Positions 49,318 to 61,100 of a stretch of DNA of 64,000 bases are shown one piece after another. The stretch's first letter is position 1. Every line of letters starts with the position of its first letter. The DNA is from Adineta vaga (taxonomy: Eukaryota > Animalia > Rotifera). The notes beneath the pieces are model-generated. The model had not been told where the DNA came from, made no database searches, and saw only the letters and a list, made by a program, of their open reading frames with translations. The translations under genes were made by a program, and so were the position numbers. The DNA lies in NCBI GenBank assembly GCA_021613535.1, contig CP075492.1, positions 9,362,001-9,426,000 on the forward strand, written 5' to 3'.

Positions 49318-51531
49318 ATGCCTAGTACAAAGTCCATTACAGGTACTAAAGCTACTGGTACAGAAACAACAGAATTCACATCTATTGTCTCTAAGAGCAG
49401 CGTTATACGCCGTCGTATTGATGTTGGACGCTTACAAAATATTCTTCTCATTTGGTTGGATAGTAGCATTGATGATAGTTGTGCCGATTGTCAAAATACT
49501 ATAAAACAATTACGACAAGTTATTACTAATATATATACATATACAGATGCAGATCAATGTACTCAATTTATTCAAACAGTTAATGATAATAAGATCTATT
49601 TGATTGTTTCTGGTGCACTTGGTCAACATGTTGTTCCATGTGTACATGCAATGTCTCAAGTTGATTCGATTTTTGTCTTTTGTAGCAATAAAAAATTACA
49701 TGAACAATGGGCTGGTGAATGGCCAAAAGTTAAAGGTGTTTATACAGGTATTCCACCAATTTGTGATACGATTAAACAACTCGTGCAAGAATGTGAACTC
49801 AATTCTATTCCATTGAGTTTTCTTCAGATTCCTTCTGTTGATACGCCTAATAAAAATTTCAACAAAGTCGATCCTGCATTTGTCTGTAGTCAAGTTCTGA
49901 AAGAAATTTCATTAACCAGTACTTTTGATGAAAAATCTATAAAAGAATTTCTCAATCGTTGTCATGATTCGCTCTATGATAATGAACGTGAATTACGATT
50001 TATAGAAAAATTAAAACGTCATTATCGTGATCAAATTCCAATATGGTGGTATACAAATCATTGTTTTTTATATCCTATGCTTAATCAAACATTACGAATT
50101 ATGGATGTTGAAATGATTATGCCAATTAGTTTCTTTATTGGTGATCTTCATCGTGATATTCAACGATTACATTCAAAACAATATACGAATGATCATTCAA
50201 GTAAAACTTTTACCGTCTATCATGGACAAGGAATATCAAAAACAGATTTTCATCAATTAAATAAAATAAAGAATGGCTCTATTTCCTTTAATAATTTCCT
50301 AACAGCAAGCAAAGATATTCTAACATCTCTACGGTTTGCACAACAAGTAGCAAGAAATCCTGATCTAGTTGGCGTTCTATTTATTATGACAATTGATCCA
50401 TCTCAACCAACTGCACCATTTGCCTTAATTTCTGATGTTAGCTATAATCATACAGAAAATGAAATTCTCTTTTCTATGCATGCTGTTTTTCGTATTCATG
50501 ATATAAAAACAATGGCTGGAAGTAATCATATCTATGAAGTAAGAATTACATTAATTAATCAAAGTGATAAAGACCTACGAGGATTATATGAATGGATTCG
50601 TGAAGAAACCTTTCCAGATGAAAAAGGATGGTTTCGGTTAGGTATGGTATTAACTAAAATCGGTCAAGTTGAGAAAGCTGAAAAACTATTTAATATTCTT
50701 CTCAATCAACCCTCAACTGAACAACAAAAAGCAGCTATTTATCATGAACTTGGCCGTGTGAAATATTGTCAAGGTATATATAAAGAAGCGATATCATACT
50801 ATCAAACCGCATTAGAATATCGACAGAAAACTCTTCCTCCAAATCATCCTGATTTTGCGAGTTTTTATAATAATATTGGTTTAGCTTATAAAAGTATGGG
50901 TGATTATGCCAATGCACTTCTATCCTATAAAAAAGCATTAGATATTCAACAACAATCTTCTTCTGGACATCATCTCAATTTAGGTGCATCTTATAATAAT
51001 ATTGGTAATTTATATGATAATATGGGTGATTTTGCAAAAGCACTTGCAGCTCATGAAAAAGCTTTACATATTCGACAACATGCATTACCTGTTAATCATC
51101 CTGATCTTGCTTTTTCATACAATAGTATTGGATTATTATATGATAATATGGGTGATTATCAGAAAGCACTTGCTGCTCATGAAAAAGCACTATACATTCG
51201 ACAACAATCAACTTCTCCCAATCAAACAGATTTAGCTTCTAGTTATAATAACATTGGTAATACATATGATAATATGGGTGATTATGCAAAAGCACTTTCA
51301 TCTTACGAAAAATCATTAGAAATTCTATTGAAAGTTTTACCTTTAAATCATCCTGATTTAGCAATGTCTCATTATAATATTGCTTTAGTCTATCAAAATA
51401 TGACTAGTTACTCAAAAGCACGTCTATTCTATGAACAGGCAGTAGAAATCGCACAAAATTCATTGCCTCCAAATCATCCTCATTTAGAACTGTATCAGAA
51501 AAACCTAGAAGAAGTTAAAAAGAAATTATAA
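49318..51531 (+). CDS. Intronless ADP-ribosyltransferase-like (R-S-E class) + TPR protein with N-terminal receiver-like alpha/beta domain
   Basis: LLIWLD..IYLIVSG..VDSIFVFC N-domain; WWYT..FLY..LN..LR; TVYHGQ, FNNFLTAS, ENEILF ART motifs; about seven 42-aa TPRs (PPNHPD..SYNNIG..Y..MGDY..AL), with a 126-bp DNA period at 51013/51139/51265. Confidence 0.85.
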   Translation: MPSTKSITGTKATGTETTEFTSIVSKSSVIRRRIDVGRLQNILLIWLDSSIDDSCADCQNTIKQLRQVITNIYTYTDADQCTQFIQTVNDNKIYLIVSGALGQHVVPCVHAMSQVDSIFVFCSNKKLHEQWAGEWPKVKGVYTGIPPICDTIKQLVQECELNSIPLSFLQIPSVDTPNKNFNKVDPAFVCSQVLKEISLTSTFDEKSIKEFLNRCHDSLYDNERELRFIEKLKRHYRDQIPIWWYTNHCFLYPMLNQTLRIMDVEMIMPISFFIGDLHRDIQRLHSKQYTNDHSSKTFTVYHGQGISKTDFHQLNKIKNGSISFNNFLTASKDILTSLRFAQQVARNPDLVGVLFIMTIDPSQPTAPFALISDVSYNHTENEILFSMHAVFRIHDIKTMAGSNHIYEVRITLINQSDKDLRGLYEWIREETFPDEKGWFRLGMVLTKIGQVEKAEKLFNILLNQPSTEQQKAAIYHELGRVKYCQGIYKEAISYYQTALEYRQKTLPPNHPDFASFYNNIGLAYKSMGDYANALLSYKKALDIQQQSSSGHHLNLGASYNNIGNLYDNMGDFAKALAAHEKALHIRQHALPVNHPDLAFSYNSIGLLYDNMGDYQKALAAHEKALYIRQQSTSPNQTDLASSYNNIGNTYDNMGDYAKALSSYEKSLEILLKVLPLNHPDLAMSHYNIALVYQNMTSYSKARLFYEQAVEIAQNSLPPNHPHLELYQKNLEEVKKKL

Positions 51532-52191
51532 TTAACTTCTATTTATTGTTTTCTTTCTTTTTTATTCTTTAAAATAAAGCTTGTAAATAGAAACTCATAT
51601 CAAAAAATGAACTTATGATTATGTCATCAATGTACTTTTATAGGTCACCTAAGTAACAGAAGAATCATACTTTTTCTTTCCAAAATAGAAAAAAAATAAC
51701 AACAAAAACAAGAACAAACAAAGTTTCGACAAGAAGGTTTTATCTATCAATATTGTTTATCCTATCTCCTATTGCATCGATCATATGTCTTTCTTAATCA
51801 ATCGTACGTAAATATGATGAAGTATAGATAATACAATAGATTAGAGATTTACACTATTTCCGTTTCAAAAACTTGTTTGCACAAATATATATATGAAAAA
51901 TAGTTCTGTTAGTATAGATTGAGAACACATCTGCATACATTTCATTCGGTTTTTTTCCCTATTAACTTTCTATCGGCAGAGTTCGCTGTCTATTCTAATT
52001 GCATCGAATTGGTTAAAGAATGCACCATTGAAAAGAACATGTCAATCCTATCTAGATAGAATAGAATAAAAATTGTTTTGTTCATTTTCTTCATCTTCAT
52101 AACTAGATTTAGAGTAGCATACATGTCTTCCATTGATTAAATCTTTCTAATTATATATATATATATATATATAAATAAACATCTCAATCAA

Positions 52192-55100
52192 ATGGAAATC
52201 TTAACATCAACAACTACAATACCAATTAATTTCAATGATTCATATAATTCATCTGATCCCGGTGTTACTCCAACAACTCCATCAACATTAGATGTTATAT
52301 CTAGTGAAATATTTGGTTATTTTGAAACACATCGTGAACAGATTCCTTTACTTGTTATTGTTTATCTTTTAACAATTATATGGATCTTATATTTAATCTT
52401 GTATCATTCACGTGTTCAAGGCATAATTTTATCTTATATTTTACGACGATTCTATTTTACAGATGCCACACAAATCAAATTTGATTCCGTATCAATCTCA
52501 TTCATATCGGGATCCATTCTGTTTCGAAATCTTCATTATACAACTGGAAGTTACTTTGTTTTTGTTAAAGATGGTTGTCTAGTTTTTCGTTATTGGTCAA
52601 AAACAAAAAAGAAACCATTGATACGTTTAAAAATCAAACTGTATTATCTTGATATACTATTTTTTAGTCCAATACGATCAAATACTTTTTCGGACATTAT
52701 TAATTCAACAGATGATTTACAAAGAGGATCTATCAATGGGTAAGAAGAATCTACTCTTTTGTTTTTTTTTCGAATTATATCTATTGATTCTATTTATTGT
52801 TTGAAATAGAATATCGACGAAAGGTGATGATACACAAAGTGTAAATACTATCAAAAGTAATGAAGATGGTATATTTGTTAAACGTCTTCGAAGTCTTTTT
52901 CCAGCAATTGAAATTAAAGTTGAACATGTAAAATCACACTTTTCTTTTATGAAACGAACATAGTTTATCATTCAATTTTCTTGTCATTTTAGGGCAAAAT
53001 ATCTGCTGGTCATAATAGTTTACCTTATGGATTATTGATTCGTTTTAGTACAATGACTAGCACACTTACAAGTATTTCACCATCGAAAAATGTACCAGAT
53101 GTTGATATCATGACATTATTGTATAACTTAAAATATCGAAATCTTCGAGTTTATCTACATCCAATTAAAGGTTATATGGGTGAATTACATGAAGTGTAAG
53201 TAATCGTTTTAAAACCATACATAGATGATGAAGAAATGACATATTTGATTTGTTTTTGTTTTTTTATAATAGTCCACCACCAATTCCAACATCGAAAGCA
53301 GCTGAAAGTGGTAAATTTCAAGTATTGGAATGTTTGGATGGTGAACTTGATTATGAACAAGATGTTCCCGGTAAACTGATTGAACAGACAGAAAATAGTG
53401 AACCAATACCGGAATTAGCATGGGAATTTCGAATTAAATGTCATAAAGAAGCGAAAATTGCATATGGACCATGGGCTGATCGTCAAAGGTAAATGATTTA
53501 TAAAGTACATCGAATTTGTTATATGAAAAAAAATTGTATTTCTAGAGAAGCATTATGGCAATATTTTCTACCCACATTATTTGAAGAATCTCCTGTAACA
53601 CCAGATCCATTAGTAGGACAAACACGAATATTTAAAACTGTACGTTTTAAACTATGGTTATCTTGTCAAACAGTATTGGATCTTTATTTTATGCATAAAA
53701 TGGTTTGTTTCATACCGTTTAAATTTTTCAAGAAATGTTTGTTTTTTCGAATTAATAGAAACTCCATCAACTTCATGTAGAATTACCTGTTCAAGGTTCA
53801 TATTTCGAAGCATCATTTCCATTTATAACTAGTCCAGATGGATTCGATACACACTTATCTATGAGTATTGTCAATCCTACTGCGCGTACCAATTTATCAT
53901 TTACACCACTTCTTCAAGCAGATCGAGTTGATGTAAGCAAAGTCAATAGTTCTAGTTCGCATTCTTCGAATGAAAATCTCTCTAATATTACATGTGTTGT
54001 TATTTAGATGACTCTGCATATCCATTATCCTCGTATTTGGAATGCTATTCAAATCTGGTCGATTGATATAGCAACGAGTAAAGCTCAACTGTATTTTATA
54101 TTTGAACATAAAAATTTCTTTCAAGGTAATATTCTTTCTCATATCCTAATAAAAATAGAATTTACATTTGGTTTATTTCTTTAGCTTTAATTGCTGATTG
54201 GTCATCATCTGTACCGCCCGATATTTATTCCTTTGTACCATATATTTATGATATGACTTTACAAGGTGATTATGTTGAAGTTTTAATTCCATGTAATCAG
54301 GGAAATTGGATTGATTGTGCAAATGGAAATCAGTCACAACAATTAAAAGCAGAAAATAGTAAGATAAATCTTGTATCACATTTAATAGTAACATTTTATT
54401 TCTTAAAGATTATATTTCTGTATGTGCTAAATCTTTTTCATTAACATATCCATTACCATTTCTGGAATTTTGTCCCAAAGCAACACCAATGGATATAACA
54501 ATTGAAGTTTGTTTTCATTATAAAAAAACTGATCTTTTCCGAATTCAAATTTTCTCTTCTAGGTCAACGATGTTCTCGCCCGTCTTGCTATAGCTGAAAG
54601 TAATCGATTATACTATATTTTAGAAGGTATCGATGCTCATAAACGATACTATTCACCAAATGGAGTAAAATCTCAATTGACTTTGTCTGATGAATTCAAA
54701 AAACGGTAAATATAATTGAAAATTAGGAATAAGATTACTTATCGAAATATTTTGCTTTCATTGTTTTTTTGTTTGTAGTGATGGTTGTTTCGATTGTGGT
54801 CAAGTTTCGCATATAAAAATTCTTATTGAAATTCTTCTTCATACAGCACCACCAATTGATTCAACTAGATCCGGTAAAAAGAACACTAATCGCCATTTGT
54901 TTTTCTTAGATGAAGATTGTTTTTTGCTTCTAGATTTATTATATGTTCAACAAGTGAAAGCCATGGGTAATCGAGAAACATTCCATCCGAATAAGTTAGA
55001 TTATGATCTATTTAATATTGAAATTGATATTGGACCTATTGATTTATTTCTACATGGGCTATTTTTAAAGAAACTTTGGTGGGTAAAAGTAAGTATATAT

Positions 55101-58100
55101 ATATAAATTTTTGTTTAGATTTTCGTATTGATGTATTTTCTTTTTTTCTCTTAGGAAAATATTTTCGGATGGGATCAGATGTTTCATGATATTCGTGAAC
55201 CAGATTTAATCCGTGAAAAGAAAATTACTGTTCATGATGATCCATTAGTTGATCTGATTGATCTTACCTATCCATTTGATCCGAGATATTTTCGACCACT
55301 AATGGTTACTTTACGTGTTGCATTACATAATATAACTGCTCATCTTGTTCATGTATGAAAACTCGAACTATACTTTGTTTTTTTATGTAATTGAATGATT
55401 TTTTTTCTTTTAGCATACGGATAATGAACCATGTCCAATTGCTTTTTGTGAACGACTTTGTTTTGAAATGACAACTGATCTAGACGAAACAAGGTTACAA
55501 GTCTATTTTTCACCCATAAATGTTTATGTCGAAGATGCTATCGTTGTAAGTAAACATTCTTATTAAGAACGGATACTTGTTTGAATAATGATTGTATTCT
55601 ATAGAGAAATAAAACTGATCAACATCTATCTACGGGATGTCTGCAATTATCTGGTTTGATTATTCGTGGTCATGCAATGCTTTCACATGAAGGTTTACCA
55701 CCTGAACGTGAAACACTGGAATATGCTTGGCAAATGGAAATTATTCTTGGAAAAATTGCTGCTCGATTAACAACAATTCAAGTTTGTTTTAAAATCATTT
55801 GAATTCATATTTGACTTTTTCTTCTTTAGCTGGAAAAAGTTTTAGGTTTTGTGAAAAATTTCTATCTACAAATCATGGAAGATGAATATACTCTGACACG
55901 TTCACCTGTTATTGACAAAACTAAATGGATAGAAAAACTCAAATATGATGTCTTACGATTTAGTTTAGATTCAATTGATCTTAATCTTGTTGAAGTTGGA
56001 AATGCAGTTAATGTTCAAGTAAGTCATTTGCATATCAATTATCGAACAAACATTGTTCTTTTTCAGATGGCACCCATACGTTTATGCATGTGTAATATGC
56101 ATACTGCATTGTGTAACGAAAGTTTGACATTAAAAGTTGGTACTATACAAATTCGTCAATTATTACGTCTCTATCCAGGTTCATGGTTAGAAGCAGGTTC
56201 TATTAATGTTCCTGAACTTCGTATCAATGCAAAATTTGAATGTCATCCACCAACACCAGCTACTATTAATGAACAATTAGATTTTCTTCGTCGACATGAT
56301 CAACATTCCCAACGATTACATTTTCTTTACAATCCAAAATCTCAACAAACATTAAATATACCAAATATATCAACAAATTTAAAACGTCCATCCAATGTTG
56401 GTCTAGTCACAAATGCAAATATTTTATCATGTGCTTGCCTTGGTGGTTCATCCAATTATTATACATTGGTTCAAGGTGAACAATTTTTTAAAAGTACATT
56501 TCGTCTAAGTGAACAAGCATCTTTTGGACGTTCATTATTTCGTCCAGATATTCATGTATTACGTTCACATGCTATATTCGAAGAAAAATATCAATGGAAT
56601 ATATATGAACGATACCATCGTATTCCGGAAGAACTGGATGATGAAGAAATCTTTTATCCATTTGATTTTTGTGCTCAACAAACTCAAACAGATGATATAC
56701 GACAAGAAACAAATGATAATCATTTACGTCATAGTGTTCCAGCAGATTTATATTCTTTATCACGAACAAATTCAGCAAAAAATCTTAAACATAAATCAGT
56801 TGTCGAACGAAATGAACATAAACGTTCTTCATCATCTATTCCATTGAGTAATATTAATAATATTTCTTCACCTTCACCAACAACACCTGCAAGTGATGAT
56901 TATTTAACACCTAATGATCGATTATCAGTAACAAGTTCTAGTCAAACAAGTTTAAGTTCAACTGTTCATCATCATCGAAATAACATTATGGACACATCTT
57001 CAATTTCATCATTAACAATGATGCAACAACAATCATCGACCGTTTCATCACCGATACATTCAAATTTGAATTTATTTTCGAGATCAATTGAAAATAAACG
57101 AGATCTACTAACAAATTCATCGCGTTCATCATCAATGGATTCATTAACAGCTTTAGAAGAAATACTTCAACGACAACAAACAAGAAATAGTACAATGTTC
57201 TTACATCAAAAGGTAGATCTTTAAGTTTGTACTACTTGTTTTATTTCTTGATTTTCAGGGTGCATCATCAACAACGGAACACAATAAAATGCCTCAACCA
57301 TCTCTACCTAGTTCTTCATGGATTAGTTTACGTAATCAAATGAAAATGCCCATTCCAAAATCGACTCTACTATGTACAACATATATTCGTTATTTATCAC
57401 ATTATCGCTCATCAACATGGTCCAATACTGCAACATTTCCACCAAATATTCAACAAGAACATATGAATCCACATCCGATACTTGATTTTGATTGTGTATC
57501 TCAAGGTTTCTCTTGTTCTTTCTTATCTGAAATTTCTTCATCATCACAATCATTCACTACTCCACCATCTCGACAATCTCAACAACAACAATCGCAACAG
57601 CAGCAGCAACAGCAGCAACAACAACAGCAATCACAATCATTATCATCATCGACTGGATCAAATACAACAAATTCTCGACCACGTCTTTCAGTTGCTCAAA
57701 CAATCTCATCTATTAATTCATCGAATATTATTGCGACAGAAAAAGAAGTATGTCTTCGATTTATTGGAGCATTTAATATTCTCTTAACACCACTGATGTT
57801 GGAATGTTTAACAACATATATTGAAAAATGGAAAACATTTACTTTACATCCAATTTCTATTCTTGATGGTCTTCATGTTCAAGCTCAAACACAATCCAAT
57901 CCATCTATAACTTCAATCGATCTATCAGCAACGAAAATTTCTTTACAATTACCGAAAATTAATGTCTGTTTATTACAAGCTGGTTTAGCTGAAGATAATG
58001 TTCAATTAACAGAGTTACGTACACCTGTAGATATTGTGACAATGTCGCTATTTGCATTATCATGTAAACAAATTCAAATGGAAACAATTCTTTCTAATCG

Positions 58101-61100
58101 TGATCAATCAACAGCTGGTGTTTTTAAAATACAATCGATTACTGGACAATTTCGTCGATTTGAAAATGATTTTTCTTCAATTGAAAATGTTAACATTCAT
58201 GCTATTCAATCACAACGTTGTCGATTACAATTTCGTTTAGCAAATGATATTCAAACACATTTACCACTTGGTACAAATCGAAAAAATGTTGGTTTTGTCA
58301 TGAATGAATTTGGTTTACAACGATTATGTTTTAAATTAATAAATAATGCAGCAAAACAACAACAGCAAAGGAAATTAATTTCACCTGTCATGACACAAGT
58401 GGATGAAACACATACATCGAGATCATCAGCTAAACATAAATCCAAAAGAAAACAATCGACTGAAGTAAGTTTAAGAAAACTAAATGAATAGATTTACGAC
58501 AATAAGGATAAGTTTATCATGTAACTCATTTAATATATTGATTATTTTAGCCATTATTGATGTCTTCATCGGCAATCAATTCATCCACGAACATTCCATC
58601 TACAGTCGCTTCTTCTAGTTCATCATCAAGTAGTGTATTCGATGGTTCAATTGATCATGTATGGATCTCATTTCCTGAACCTCCACATCATACACATTCG
58701 ACATCGAATTCTTCGAAACGTCCACGTACAAGTACAACTAGTACAAAACAAGCTCCAGCACCAAAGAAACTTTTTTCATATACACGATACGACTGGAATT
58801 TCTTATCAACATTATCACCAACTGTTCTCGGTTGGTTTTGTGTTATTAATCGTATACAAAAACCTGTAGAAAATTTTCTTCGAAAACGTGAAAAACATCT
58901 TGATGCTGTATTAGCTTATTTTCTTGTTGAAACTAAGCCTGTGTTAACTTTATCACAAAGTAAACTTTACGAACTATTTACTCCGAAAACAAAATATCTT
59001 CTTTCACATCCCATTTGTCAATTGGTTACTGAACTTCGAAAACAATTTAATCATAGTACACAGATGAATATTAATCTTCAACCACATATTGTGCCTGAAT
59101 TACAAATGCTCAAACAAGGTATACGTAGAGCATGTCGAGATTGGGCACAAACAATCAAACAACAACCAAATCAAATTATTGTTCAATCGACTTCACCACC
59201 ATCCGCAACATCACCTCTGAATGTTCTCTTACCAACGACTAGTAATGATCAGGAACTACCATCAGCTGTCGTAAGAGCACCAACTATGGTGGATCGTGTT
59301 CAACGATTCAAACATGATTTCGTCACAGCACATCCACGTCAAGTAACAGTGATTCCAACGAAACAAACAGATAATTTTGAAAATTCGACAGTCAATGGAT
59401 CTGCTGTTCGAAAACGTACAGCAATGCAAAATCCACGAACATATGTCAATAATAAAGAAACAATTATTGAAATGATGAATGATAATGGTGATTCAGGTGT
59501 GGGTGAAAGTCGACGTGCATCCGGTTTTCTAGGTAAATTCTTTTTTCTTCAAATCTATAATTTAGTTGTAGATTGATGAATGTATCGAATGTTCTATTTG
59601 TTTTTTTTTAATGAGTAGTTACGCGAGAAAAAATATCGAACGGTAGGATTGATATTTAGAAACCTTTTTTTCTTTTATCACTATTAGCTTGTTGTCTTGT
59701 GCTTAGTGAATGGTGAATGAAAATTTGAATGAGAACGACAAAATCATGTTTCCTTGTGATTATGAAGAGTAAATCACAATTTGATGACATATCTTATTGA
59801 AAGTTCTAGCTTTGCTTCTCGATGACAGTATGACACTCATAGAGATGCTTGAAATAATGATCCAATATATCTAACTCTCTAGTTATGCTTTGAACAAAAC
59901 GAAGTAAATCGATGATTTCCCCTTCCCATTTTGATTCAGAATATTTGTTTTACAAATAATTATGAGTAGTTTAGCAAAGAAGCAGATTCTAGTTTTTGAC
60001 GACTCCCACTTGTAGAACTATAAAGAAATTATGCGAACTTCGAAAAATCTATGGTTCAATATGAGACTTACTTCTTTATTGTAATATGATTTCCTTTTCC
60101 CCACCTTTTTGATTGTTGTTCGTAAATATTGCATACGTATAAGACTTCGTGAATGTTCTTATAGAACCAGCTGCAGGTCATGTAAATGCAGCATATCAAG
60201 AAGGTAAGTTTTTGTTTTCTTTTTCTAAATTAATAGGGATATATGTCGTATCATATATAACATATAAACCTCTGCTTTCTCTCACGCTCATTTACATGGC
60301 AACAGGAACTACATTTGTCAAGCACAAATGTTAATATATTTGATAATCCAAACTTTTAGATGCATGTGCATGATCTTGATGCTTTTTATTTTAACGAAGA
60401 ATAAAATTACATATTAAAGTTAATAGTTCACCATAATCTCTTATTTTCTTTCTATTATTTCTAGGTGATACAATGCGACGTTTTGAACCGACAGTAAATG
60501 TCAATAATACCAATGGTTACAAACGTTTAAGTGTTGGTCTTGATGAATCCGATTTCGAAGGTAATTCAAATGGTATTCGAACGAGTGAAACTATTCATGA
60601 TAATGAACCAATTTATTATACGGATATTACTCGAGAATATGCTGGTTCAGTTGAACAATTATTTAAAATTTTACTTGAATATGCGGGTGTTGAATTGTCA
60701 GTTTCATCATCAATTGAACCATTATTTGAAAAATTAGGTCAAACAGTTTTGGCATCAGCACAAATCAAACGATTTGATGTCAAAATTCTTCCCAATGAAC
60801 CAATAAATGAACCTCAATTAATGCCAAATTATACTCCGTCATTACCGACTACAGTTCAATTTCGTGTACCATCAAATATTCGTCCATCTATATTGAATAC
60901 ATCAAATGAACTATCGATAATATCAGTAACAAATTTAAGTGTTCAAAGTGTTTTTCGACAATCACTTGAACATGATCGATTACATGCTGCTAATGTTCAA
61001 GCTGGTATACGTGTACAACGTGTACAACAAGAAGTAAATCTATCATTTATACGTCTTGTTTATCAATTTTATACTGTTGTTGGTAATGCACTTGAATATA

